Source: Octopus sinensis
Taxonomy: Eukaryota
Direction: 5' to 3'
DNA: 64,000 nucleotides
Assembly: GCF_006345805.1 (NCBI RefSeq)
Contig: NC_042998.1
Coordinates: 4,278,001 to 4,342,000 of the forward strand
Numbering within the stretch: the first letter of the stretch is position 1; the number at the start of each line of letters is the position of its first letter. Positions 1 through 12,199 of this stretch are shown one piece after another. Under the pieces are notes generated by a model. It saw nothing but the letters and a program-made list of their open reading frames with translations, ran no database searches and was not told the DNA's origin. A program made the position numbers and the translations under genes.

Positions 1-1924
1 ACCCCAGTGTCTTTTCTAGAATAATGGGAAACAAGGAAGGAACGCTCAGCATTGGGGAGGATTGTTCGCAGGATATTTAGTTCATCTATGAAGAAATTGG
101 GCCTCCTTCTCTCTATTTAGTATTAAACATTTGGTTTCCTTTTCATTAACATAAAGAACCAGCATGACATTCGCTGCTGTAGTCCTCATCACACTTGCGT
201 TCTTAATGAGTTGTGGACTAAGAAGAATGGAGAATAGCGATAGACTACAACATTGAAAATAAAAACGCATTTTGATCCTTAATGAAGTGTGTCAGGCACA
301 TGCTATATAGCTACAAGTAGAAGAGCACGTATTTCTGCCAAATATCTGCGCGATTTTGGGGGCCAAAAGATTGGTTAAAGATTTTAAAGTCTAGCTCGAT
401 GACTAACCACAAATCTTGTTGGAAGAAAATTGATAGAACAAAAACGTGAAAACTCCGTCTAAGATACAAGTTGCAATGAACGGTTGCATGCTGATAGACC
501 ACCCAACCTAGTTTCGATGGTCTGCCAGCAAAATGCGCTTTAAAATTACACGAGGAAGTTCCGACGACATTTAGACAAACGTTTACGGCAACTGACAGAA
601 GAATTGTATAATTTCTACTCCTTTCAGACCTCTGTTACTATACTGATAAAGGATAGCAACAAGCCGACCGCAATTGGAAAATTCCTGGTGCATAAATCTT
701 TGAGTGTGGAGCTTGAGATTTTTCTAAGGTATTAGTGAAAACTTTTGGGGCATGACTACCTACGAAAACATAAAACTCATGCGATACGTCATAGAGAAAG
801 TGAGAAACAATCTAGGAAGTAATCAATTTGAATCTGTTGAAGATATTTGAGTGATTCAATCATCCTTACTTGGCGGCTGCTCTCAGAACGACCGGTTTTG
901 TTTTTCTTTTTAAGTCATGGGTCGTTGCTCGGTAAGTCACCTCTTTGTACCGTTCCATACTGCACCTCGTCCGTCAGCGGTATCTTCTCTCACATCTTTT
1001 TATATATACTAGCGTTTCGCATTATTATAAATCTATTCTTAGCTTAGTGCTTAACTTCCCGTAATTTTTGTTGGCGTTTCTCGTTTATTCTCACAGTTGT
1101 CAATGACTTCCTTCTCCATCTTGTAATTCTCAGTTTTCTTGAATTTTCTAATTATTTAATGATTCCTTGTATTTGAGGAAAATATAACATTTCTATGTCA
1201 ATTGTTTTATGGTGTATCCTAAAAAGAGACATTATCTTTCGAAGCTATTCAGTAAAGTTTTGTTCATTTCTTTAGATACAACGATAGGTTATTTTTAATG
1301 TGAGAGGTAGAATATTATTCTGTTATTTTCAATTTTCGTGCATTTAATACAGTTTTTATATTAAATGAATGCTTCTATAACAGACATTCTTAAAGTTATC
1401 TTTCGTTTGTGTGTATGAAGTCTCCGTTTAGTTTAACGACTTCTATGTAATTATAAGATTGCGTTTATTATAAAATAATCCCGACTTTATTTTGCTATGT
1501 ACATTTTAATAGTAATACCGTGCAACTCCCTAATCAGCAGCGGTTAATCATTCATTTAGTAGCTTTCCGTATCATTTTAGTCTTATTTCTTAATTATCGT
1601 CTGTAAAATAAATATCAAGGTGGTTAATATGCAAAAGCTACTTAACTATCTTATCGTAACTTTTGTATTGGAGTTCTGTCTGGTTTAACAGTTGGCTAAT
1701 TGAGATAGCATTATTCAGAGAAGGGATAATGAGTTTCGAATACTCTTCTTTCAACTGAGGCTTGGTTAGCTTCAATAATTCTCTCTTTTGCTTGTATATA
1801 TATATATAATTAATAATATCAGGGTAATAAAGATTTTAGAAATTTTTACTGCCAGTGGCCTAGCGTATAGTAAAATTAGTCAATATATATTATTCCTATA
1901 AATATATATTATTCCTATAAAATA

Positions 1925-2109
1925 CAGTGTAGATTTAAACACATTAAGAGGTTTCCATCATAGGGATCATTTACCCCAGAAAGAAAAGCTAAAATTCAAA
2001 TCTCTTAGTTGATTTCAAACCCTAATTAGTGGTTTGGATTTTAGCTGTTCTTTCTGGCGTAAAAGGATTCCTATGATTGAAAACTCTTAATGTGTTTAAA
2101 TGTACACTG
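1925..2109. mobile_element. Tc1/mariner-type foldback MITE (~185 bp)
   Basis: Starts CAGTGTAGATTTAAACACATTAAGAG and ends CTCTTAATGTGTTTAAATGTACACTG. Imperfect inverted arms of ~75 bp. TA on both sides (1923-1924, 2110-2111). CAGTG ends plus TA TSD are the Tc1 signature. Confidence 0.8.
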
Positions 2110-2718
2110 TATTATATATATATATATATAAATTGATTGAATTTTGAAATCGTGTTTAATGTACCTATTTATTATTGGTACTATCAATTCTAATTGGTAC
2201 CTAACAATTGGTACTGTAAATTTCTAATTCTTTAAGGATCCACGTATGAAAATTACTGTTGAAACTTTATGGTATCAAATTCATGCTCTGCCTATTTCCT
2301 TCCTTTGTCTTGTACAACCCCCACACGTTTTTCTTTTTTTTTTTGGTGAGACCTGCTGGGATGCAAAAAAGGTTTCTAGGTATGAAAAGAACCACTGCTG
2401 ATAGCCGAAGATTTAATCGGAATTTAGAAGGAAAAAGAAATGTAAAACTGAACTGACTAGTAGTCGTTTCCTTTGAATAAAGACAACAATACAGTCCTTC
2501 AATCTCCACAGCTCACTCTTTTCATTCAAATAACATAGATTTAAGAGATGTTGATGCAAGGTGTGTGCTTAAATTATAAATGGTCAAATTTATTAGCTAC
2601 ATAACTGTCTGAACAATGACAATCAAATGAGGTGAACTATTACTATTATATACAAATAAGCCACTGATATATTCATCGATTTGAATTACTACATTTGATT
2701 TTTCTTTTTGCTTTGCAG

Positions 2719-2794
2719 AATACTAACGAATATCTTCCATGAATCGGAGGCAGCAATCCTCGAAAACCATCAACAAAATGTTTCAAGACAATAA
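2719..2794 (+). CDS. Candidate terminal coding exon of an unidentified host gene
   Basis: Strong acceptor TTTCTTTTTGCTTTGCAG, then an open frame (R)ILTNIFHESEAAILENHQQNVSRQ* ending in TAA. No homology recognised. Confidence 0.25.
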
Positions 2795-3008
2795 TACGAT
2801 GTTTTTAGAAATTCAGAAAACTTTACAGATAAAAGACTTATAAAGTGTATCAAAAATGTATGCTAAATACATACATGCATACATACATACATATACATAC
2901 ATATACATATAAGTTTGTGTGTTTGCGCGCACGTGTGTATGTACGCATATACAAACATATATACATGCACACAAATATATGTATGCATCTCTCTCTATCT
3001 GTCTCTCC

Positions 3009-3040
<32 letters not shown>

Positions 3041-3098
3041 GTGTGTGTGTGTGTATGCATACATATATATATATATGAAGAGAGAGAGAGACATATAT

Positions 3099-3131
<33 letters not shown>

Positions 3132-3779
3132 GTATGGGCATTTATTAACATTTATTAACGATGAGTCTTGAGGCTCATTATGCTATACACAATAGCTTAT
3201 ATTACATTAGGTAAAATAAACCATGGCTGGAATATATGGCAGAAAGCTGCCTGCATTACACGAACCGTACATCATTTGTTTGCGAAAAATACATATTGAT
3301 AACTCCACTCAAACGGTATCCAGATTTCCTCCATCCAAGCAAACGTTTTAATTTTACCATCGAGAAAATTTGCATGGTTCTAAACTGCGATGAAGAAACA
3401 TCGAGAGGGATTTCTATATGTGTTTATGAAGAATGTGTTAATTTGCGATCTAGATACAAAGCAAATTTTCTTGCTGGAAAGAATAATGCGTACAAGAAGA
3501 CGGTGGAATGCCGTGAGGCTGCCTTAGCGTAATTGGATGCACACCTTTTTGTGTAATAAAAGTTTTGTAGTTCTAGCTTGGCAGTTCTCCGGCAACGCCT
3601 TATTGCCGGAACCATGAGAGTTTCAGCTTAATGATTTGTACGCTATTGTTTATAGTTTATTTTCTTTCAAGATACATTGTTAATGAAGTTTTAATAGACA
3701 CATTTTTGATGCTTCTGCGTATGCACATTCGCTCTTTTCCTCTCTGGGTTTCTTGTTTTTTTATCTCTCTCTCTCTCTC

Positions 3780-3830
3780 AGTATACATATATGCATACAT
3801 ACATATATATATATATGCATATATATATGC

Positions 3831-3893
<63 letters not shown>

Positions 3894-3948
3894 TAGATAT
3901 ACTTACATACATTCACACACACACCAACCTATTTATACATTTATATAC

Positions 3949-3999
<51 letters not shown>

Positions 4000-4032
4000 G
4001 TATACTTGCATACATACACACACACACCGAAT

Positions 4033-4080
<48 letters not shown>
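3780..4080. repeat. Compound (TA)n/(CA)n microsatellite
   Basis: Direct reading; source of the YIYI ORF artefacts. Confidence 0.95.
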
Positions 4081-4082
<2 letters not shown>

Positions 4083-4680
4083 AATATTCTATAATTCTAA
4101 ACATGATTATAATTAGTGGTCAGTTAATTCCTTCACCACATACCGAATTTACAGATAGGAGTTAAAAATTCCTTTTCTACTACCGTAAGAATCTCCCAGG
4201 CAGTAGCACGTTTTTTTACGTAGGCAAAAAGAAAACTAATGAATCCACACGACTCCGATTAGCGACATACGCGTTTCAAGATTAAAGTATATTTACTTAC
4301 TTATTTCTCATCGTCAGTGTAGCATTTCCATTATAAAATTTGAAAGTGCTAGTGTTAAGTAAGTACACGATCAAGCGTCATCGCGCAACAGATATCCATC
4401 CAAGACTTCCAAAATTTACACAGCTGAATGTGAATACATACTTATCACCTGTACCCACGTGTATGTTATGAGCGATCCCAAAGAAACTGCAGTTTTCGAT
4501 CAGGGAGTAAATTATAATTTCAATATTAATAAAAAAAAGGGTAAAATTAATTAATTAATTAATCAATTAATTAATAATAATTTTACCAAGTAGATCGGTA
4601 CGTTAAAATAACCTTTTTAAGTAAAATTACACAAATATTCTATAAATATTCTATAATATACTATCATTAATATATATATG

Positions 4681-4684
4681 TATG

Positions 4685-4744
<60 letters not shown>

Positions 4745-4778
4745 TAGAGAGAGAGAGAGAGATAGCTAGCTAGCTAGC

Positions 4779-4840
<62 letters not shown>

Positions 4841-4843
4841 CAT
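4681..4843. repeat. Compound (TA)n(GA)n(GCTA)n(GATA)n microsatellite
   Basis: Direct reading. Confidence 0.95.
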
Positions 4844-5376
4844 ATATATACACCTATATATTATAAATATGCATATACATTCATTTATCTTTCTTTATCT
4901 CTCTCTCCCTCCCTCTTTATAAAGACACACACACATATAGGTTTATGGAAATTCATTTAAAAAGCATCTTGAACGAAAGCATATTGGCCAAAAGACATGA
5001 ACAAAAAGACAAATTGGCAGAAATAAAAATCGATGGTAAAATACGCGTAATATAAATATTTGTCAAAGTAACAGGTAAAAGCTTCTAAAAATACCCAGAT
5101 ATCATTTATTGCCTTTGAAATCACTATTCATAATGTAATCAAATTTAAAAATTTAGAAATTATCAATATACAAATTGAATTATAAGATAATACGAGTACA
5201 TAATCTATAAAATTTGATGTAGGTTTGAGATAACATAAACTATAAGCATCGGCGTCACAAAATTATTATTTTTGCTTCAAAGGGTATGCTGGGAACATAA
5301 TAATTAATTCAGGATATCTACATAAGAATCAGTAATAAACTGTTATATTCGTCCGTATCTTTTAAAAACACTTATG

Positions 5377-5990
5377 GAAAAGGCATCGGGTAGAGCGGAG
5401 ATAGTTGTGTGGAGCTTTGCATTATCATGATGAAACACGACTCTTTTTGTTTTCTTCGAGGTGGCATCCAAGCGGTCTAATTGTTGGCAATAGGAGTGAG
5501 CAGTAATTGTTACACTAGTTGGTAGCAGCTCAAAGTGGATGACACCAATGCAATCCTACTAAACAGGAAGAAGAGCCGTTTTTGTATGGTTGTCTATTTT
5601 GGGTTGTAGTTGACTCGGAGGCTTAACATTTTTATAAAACATCCATTTTTCATCATTTGTCACTAATCTGTCCAAAAATAGTGCGACACATTCACGAGAG
5701 TGGAATGAGGAGCAGATGTCCACTCGTGATGTTCAGTTGGCTGCTGTCAAATCATGAGAAACCTATTTTCCGAGTTTAGGCACCATTCCAAGCTGCTGAA
5801 TATGGCGGTGAACAACTGAATGGCTTGAATTGAACTTGCTTATAAATTTTTCAACTGACACAGCATTATCCTTCTGAAGCTATATGGCCTCTCTCTTAGG
5901 CTGCAGTCACCATTTCTGAACTTTACAAACCATCTTCTCCAACTTATAATGCATTCTGCCTTAAATACACCTTCGAAACGTTCATCTTTC
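5377..5990 (-). pseudogene. Decayed mariner (Mos1/SETMAR-like) transposase, catalytic region
   Basis: Minus-strand translation gives LFLDRLVTNDEKWMFYKNVK (DEKW motif) and HFELLPTSVTITAHSYCQQLDRLDATSKKTKRVVFHHDNAKLH (HHDNA motif), with frameshifts and stops. Confidence 0.85.
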
Positions 5991-6249
5991 AGGGGTTAAT
6001 ATTAACAATTAATTCAGTCAGATTATTCTGTAAAAAGGGATTATATTAAGTTAAAGGTTTCCAAATTCATATGAGTATCAATCACTACCATTTAATATTT
6101 TAGAATACTGTAAAATTTGATAGAAGTTGCATTCATGATATTTTGAACAATTATTTAAGAGATAACCTGATATATTTCTGCTGACGTATAACTTTATATA
6201 ATTCGCCTCTTCACGCAAAGTTTAGAGAATAATTCCCTTATGCTTCTAC

Positions 6250-6562
6250 TCATAACCTGTTTCAATCGTTAGACTGCGGCCATGCTGGGGCAACGCCTTG
6301 AAGAATTTTTAGTCGAATAAATCAACCCCAGGATTTATTTTGGGTTTTAAGCCTAGTATTTATTCTGATACTGTTTTTTGCCGAACCGCTATTTTACGGG
6401 GGCGTAAAGGCACCAAACAGGCTGTCAAGCGGTGGTGGGGTCAAACACAGGCACAAACACAATAGAAATATACATATACATACATAGACACAGTTTATAT
6501 ATATATACTATTAGAATAGTTGACGAGCTGTTATATTTGTGCCTGTGTGTGTATATATGTGT

Positions 6563-6595
<33 letters not shown>

Positions 6596-6834
6596 AAAAA
6601 ACAAGTCAAGAGAGAAAATGGTAAAATAATTTTATAAAGAACATTTCAGTACCGGTTTCGGTCATTTTGAGACCTTTTCAACTGTAACGATTAAATAATT
6701 AAATTTAGAAAAATTAAAGGAAAAGTTTTTTTAAAGGAATATTTGTATAGTCTTCAAATATAAGAGGCATTTTCCTTGTTTCTGCCTTTCTCCATCTCTT
6801 TTGTTTACACTTGATGTATATATATAGGTATACG

Positions 6835-6883
<49 letters not shown>

Positions 6884-7098
6884 CGTATATTATACGTATA
6901 TAAGTAGGTAAATGGATATGAATGTAAACATATAGACATACAGACAGATAGGCACATAGATATCCGTCTACCAAATCCACTGACAAGGCTTTGGTCAGCC
7001 CGATGCTATAGTAGAAGACACTTGCCCAAGATGTGACGCAATGGTACTGAAGGAGGAAACATTTAGTCGGGGTGCCAGTTCTTATCACACAGCTACGC
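6250..7098 (-). mobile_element. tRNA-derived SINE family B, interrupted in its internal microsatellite by a PLE-like fragment
   Basis: Head at 6955-7098 and tail at 6250-6470 match the other family B copies (18961, 43210, 34411). The intervening 6590-6830 segment carries a hammerhead-like motif. Confidence 0.75.
6644..6687 (-). ncRNA. Minimal type-I hammerhead ribozyme fold, U3-A8 core variant
   Basis: Minus strand reads CAG-TTGAAAA-GGTC(tcaaaat)GACC-GAAA-CCGG-T-A-CTG: stem I, core, stem II, GAAA, palindromic helix-III loop, UH site. Confidence 0.7.
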
Positions 7099-7257
7099 CT
7101 ATTTCATTAAAGCTTTTTCGTATCATAAAGAATTGTCGTCGAGTTGCTTCAAAAGACTTCGAAGTCTTTCTACGAAGATGTATCTCTGCGTATTTTTTAT
7201 GCAGATGTTTTTTTTTTATCTTTTCATGAATTTGTTCAAGAAAACGTGATTTTCAAA

Positions 7258-7315
<58 letters not shown>

Positions 7316-7374
7316 CATATATATATGTGTATATATATATATATATATACATGCATACATACATACATACATAC

Positions 7375-7411
<37 letters not shown>

Positions 7412-7452
7412 TATATGCGCGCAAATACATACATACGCACACACACACACAC

Positions 7453-7520
<68 letters not shown>
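7258..7520. repeat. Compound (TA)n/(CATA)n/(CA)n microsatellite
   Basis: Direct reading. Confidence 0.95.
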
Positions 7521-7522
<2 letters not shown>

Positions 7523-8369
7523 GCATATGTCTGCTCATAACACACACACATACGCACATGTGTAGTATCAGTTCTTATATTAGCAACAGACCTGTTTAAC
7601 TTAGCTGAAACATACAAAGGTAATATTACAAAAGATAATAAAACGGAGCGGAAATATTTATTAAGTGGTCAGACAGTATTGTTTATTGTTTCAGATTTTT
7701 ATCAATAAACCATTCATCAATTCACATAGAAATGAAACATGAACTGCAACATATAAAATCACACTGACGAAGGAACATACAGAGTTGTAACAAACACGGG
7801 ATAATAATACATATACGTCACTAGGTATGGGTATTTAGATATTTATACGCAAATGCGTAAAGTATTATTTGTTTGAAAGTTTGGTTAAAGAATTTCAAGT
7901 ATATATACATAAAGCCAAACCCATCCACACACATACTCACACACTCATATGCATATATATACATACTCAAGTTTATAACATTTGTTCATAATAATATAAA
8001 CTTGTGCTTATCATAATTTATCCTTCACTTGTTTATATCATAGATAGTAACAGTAGTATGTAGAGGAGTAATCAAATCGATATCCTGGAAGCAGACTAGA
8101 CGATGATAATCTACGTGAAACCCTAAACTCATCAGTATCTGTCATTCAAATAACATGTCTACATACCCAAAAATATCTCATATACAAACACATAAAAAGG
8201 TATTGGTGTATATATATGTGTGTGTGTGCGTGTGCATATATAGCTGTATCAAATATTTTCTACGAACGAATATATTGTTTATATACTAGATATGGTTAAT
8301 TAACCGTGCCACTGTGTCTGTGTATATGGATATATGCACATTCTTATGGTTAGCTGGCAATGTGTACTC

Positions 8370-8425
<56 letters not shown>

Positions 8426-8699
8426 GGAGGTTATGAGAGGTAATGGTGTCAGTGAGACCCAAAGGTGTCAAGTAATGCTGAATAAGTGGTATGGATAGAC
8501 CATAGTTCCAGTTTCGATGATTATGTGTGTATATATATATATATAGATATATATAAGAGGTTATGAGAGGTAGTGGTATCAGGTAATGCTGAGTAAGAGG
8601 TATGGATAGACAATAGTTAAGTTCCAGGTTCGGTGATTCTGCGAATAAGGAATCCAACGTAGGTCATATATCAGCGTGTGTATATACAAAAACATTTTT

Positions 8700-9075
8700 T
8701 TCAGAATGAGATAAAAAAAAACAAGGCTGTAAACATTTTAGAACATTTATAATTAGAAGGTCTTACAGCTGTTTCCAGGATGTTTACTATATCCCTTCAT
8801 CGGAGATTGTGTGAGAAAATGGTTAAGCAAAAGTCAATTTAGGTAAGATACGAAATAGAGAATGAAGTGGAGGAAGGCAAATAGATGTAAGATATGCAGA
8901 GATATTGCATTTGTAGATCAATTATTTAGGCAGAATGGCATACATATGAGATTGGAGTAACTTGTGAGTAAAATCCAATAGTATCTAAGATTGGTCATTC
9001 CAAGTATAAAGTTTGTACATATGGCTATTGAATCAAGGGTTCTATTTAAAGTGACCTAAAAGTAAGGAATGTATT
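8700..9075 (-). mobile_element. Penelope-like element 3' relic (GIY-YIG C-terminus plus terminal region)
   Basis: Minus-strand peptides HSLLLGHF and LRYYWILLT...MPFCLN resemble the PLE endonuclease end (..HF.. / YWI..L.TL.P.GLN). A hammerhead-like motif follows. Confidence 0.55.
8761..8806 (-). ncRNA. Minimal hammerhead fold with U4->C change (probably impaired)
   Basis: Minus strand reads TCT-CCGATGA-A-GGGAT(atagtaaac)ATCCT-G-GAAA-CAGCTG-T-A-AGA. Confidence 0.6.
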
Positions 9076-9141
9076 TGTAAGGTCAAATCGAAAACAGGAA
9101 GAGAGGAATAAAGAAAAGAGAAAAAAACACACGAATATAAT

Positions 9142-9185
<44 letters not shown>

Positions 9186-9237
9186 ATATATATTATATTA
9201 TATATATATAATATATATATAATATATATATATATAT

Positions 9238-9283
<46 letters not shown>

Positions 9284-9310
9284 ATATGTGTATGTGTGTG
9301 TGTATGTATA

Positions 9311-9623
9311 TCAAAATAAGCAACAGGATATCCAGAGGCGATGCTATACGACAGTTTCAAGCGGCTCCATTTAATTGCAGAGCTATCCTCAGCTGCATAA
9401 TTAAATAAGTGAAAACAGTATGGACTTTGTCTGCTTTCTTACCCTCTTAGAGGATTTAAGTAAAATTATACATATGTGTCCGACTGACTAAATCAATTCT
9501 ATTTATATAAATGTAGCTGAGGATAAATCTTCATTTAAATTGATGTAATGATTGCATTGTTCAATTAAATGAAGCCGCTTGAAACGGTCGTACTGCTCTG
9601 GATATTTTGTTGCTTATTTTGAT
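9311..9623. mobile_element. Inverted-repeat element (foldback MITE or inverted PLE termini)
   Basis: TCAAAATAAGCAACAGGATATCCAGAG...TTTCAAGCGGCTCCATTTAATTG is the reverse complement of CAATTAAATGAAGCCGCTTGAAACGGTCG...CTCTGGATATTTTGTTGCTTATTTTTGA. ATCCTCAGCT/AGCTGAGGAT is also inverted. Confidence 0.7.
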
Positions 9624-10799
9624 TTTACTCAACTTATTTTGAAATTGTACGGATAATACCACACTAACTTTTGATGTCTCAACTGACGTACCTAATTAAT
9701 CTGAATCTCAATTATCTTGCTATGTATATATATATATATATATAGGCCTGCTCGCTTAGCCTGCGGGATGGCGTCATTTGAAGGCTAAAACAATGCGAAG
9801 CGCATTGTAACTAGCGATGTGTAGCAACATCTGATAGCCTGGTCGACCACGTGATCACGTGATATATATATATAGAGCGTACATCACATGAAATGAAGTA
9901 TAAGTCTATTAAAGTATCTATATAGAGCATCTCTATGACTGTAGTAAGAAAACAAACACATTCTCTTTTTTGTTTTGCATCTAATGAGGGAGCGTGTGAA
10001 ACTTTAAACAGTGAGTTCATGGTTTGTTGATCGCTCACCAGGGAAAACATTCTCACGGGGGACATTACTCCCACTCCCAATTACAGAAGTCAATGCTATA
10101 TAAAACAAGCGTGAGATAGGCTACCTCATTAGCTGATAGTCTAATCTGATAATCATTACTGCTATTTTAGTTGCAGGCCAGTAAGCAAACATTATCTACT
10201 TTCACCGAAACAGTAAAAGAAAAACTGGATTAAATGTAAATGCTAGAAAGACTTAACGTGGGTGTAATATGAATGTGCGAGTATTATTTTCATGCTGTTG
10301 ATGCATCGAGAAAGAGAAGAGTTTGAGGCTAACCAACAAGCCGTAAAAAAGGTTTGTCAGCAGACTTTCCTTTTCTACAAGTATGTGTGTATATTTGCAT
10401 GATATATTGAACTAGGTGTTGTCATACTTAGTGAAGTTAGGGACATGAAAACAATTAAATGTCTAACTCAGAAAAAAGCTTTTTGTCAGGAATTTGTAAT
10501 TTAGCTAATCATTGTTTTTTTTCCATTAAAACTGTCAGTCTCGCAAGTTAGAACTTCCTTCTGCCTATCTGCATCATTGAGCCTTCATAAATTAAGTTTT
10601 ATATGGCAGCTGTTCGTAGATATCCCACTGCCAAATCAATCGTTTAATTCAGTGTGAGCACAAATGCATGCATACATACATACATTCATGCATGCACATG
10701 CACGCGTGCATATATATACATACATGCATACATACATACATACATACATACATACATACATACAGAAGGCAGTCAGAAGGGTATCTCACTGGTTCACAA

Positions 10800-10970
10800 A
10801 GAAATAGAAATGCCAGAATTACATACTGTTTCGTCGTGGATCACTTGAAACTGTATGCCAAGAATATGCCAGAGATGCAAAAGACCTGATTACAACATTC
10901 TCAAGGGATATATGGTTGGAGTTTGTTCAGGATAAATATTGTTGTATGCCTGAGAAATGAGGGAAAACTG
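10800..10970 (+). pseudogene. Non-LTR reverse transcriptase fragment (R4/Dong-like)
   Basis: ITYCFVVDHLKLYAKNMPEMQKT, then TFSRDIWLEFVQDKYC after a frameshift, matching the SHLxYxDDLKLYAK...FSxDIxMEFGxDKC pattern. Confidence 0.65.
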
Positions 10971-10989
10971 TAAACGACACTAGCAACAT

Positions 10990-11140
10990 CTCCATGAATG
11001 TCGCGACTGTTTTGCGGTTCGGCAAAAGAACCGATATAAGAAGTACTAGGCTTAGAAAGAATAAGTCCTGGAGTCGATTTGCTCGACTAAATGTGTTACT
11101 CCAGCATCACCGCAATCAAATGATTAGAACAAGTCAAAGA
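10990..11140 (+). mobile_element. SINE family B 3' fragment
   Basis: GCGGTTCGGCAAAAGAACCGATATAAGAAGTACTAGGCTT...CTCCAGCATCACCGCAATCAAATG matches the tail of the 18961 copy. Confidence 0.75.
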
Positions 11141-11287
11141 AAAAGATTAAGAGAATATATGTTTACATGTAAAACGAGAGAAACAAAAGCTGGAGACTTC
11201 GAGACGATGAATGTTTGAGTATAAATATATAGAAATTTATATTAATAAGTCCAAAATACACAGAGTACAAATGATAGAGTAAGTTAA

Positions 11288-11474
11288 AGGGGTGGTAAAA
11301 AAAGGTGTTATAAGTCCAACAGCTATTTCTGGAGGTTTGGCGACCAATAATAATGCTGGTGAATTTAGTTCATCATGGCCGCATATTGTGATGAACGAAA
11401 TCTACCAACGTTATTATGGATCGTTGAGCGTTCCAAAACATCTGTTGGACATACAACACCTTTCCGCCACCCCT
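11288..11474. mobile_element. MITE with TTAA TSD and AG...CT ends (Kolobok-like)
   Basis: TTAA|AGGGGTGGTAAAAAAAGGTGTTATAAGTCCAACAG ... CTGTTGGACATACAACACCTTTCCGCCACCCCT|TTAA. Imperfect TIRs of ~55 bp. Confidence 0.75.
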
Positions 11475-11623
11475 TTAAATTCCTCTGTCTTTTGTATTCT
11501 GTCTAAGTTGGAGCTATTAATATAAATGTCTATATATTTATACTTAAAAATTCCTCATCTGAAAGTCTCCGCCTTCTGCTTTCTCTCGTTTTGCATTTAT
11601 ACATATACATATACATATATATA

Positions 11624-11692
<69 letters not shown>

Positions 11693-11784
11693 TATGTACA
11701 TATATGTATGTGTATGTATATGTATATATATATATATATGTATATGTATGTATATACATGTATATACGTATATGTATATATGTA

Positions 11785-11841
<57 letters not shown>

Positions 11842-11982
11842 CTTTGTATTTCATACCCAACTAATATATTTAATATATTTGATGTACCTAATTTGTTTAT
11901 CTGCATAATTATCTCCCCACTCTCTTTCGTTCTCTCTTTCCCTCACCTCTCTCCCCACTCTCTCTCTCTTTCTCTCTCTCTC

Positions 11983-12029
<47 letters not shown>

Positions 12030-12199
12030 AGTCATTTAAAAACTTTGTAGAACTAGTTACTGGTTTGTTAAAGAATGAACTTGCTACTCAATGCATCGTG
12101 TAGATTAACACTCTTACCTTTGTCCTAGCCCCTTAGTAGTCAATCAGATACTTCTTCCCCTGGTCATTGAGTGCTATATTTTAATTTTTAAAATAATTT

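Noticed and set aside
1-800. Possible decayed PLE or LINE coding sequence
   Set aside because: Only vague peptide resemblance (e.g. CPKSF); no diagnostic motif found.
10095-10110. TATA-like CTATATAAAAC
   Set aside because: Such motifs are expected by chance in AT-rich DNA; no linked start site or exon.
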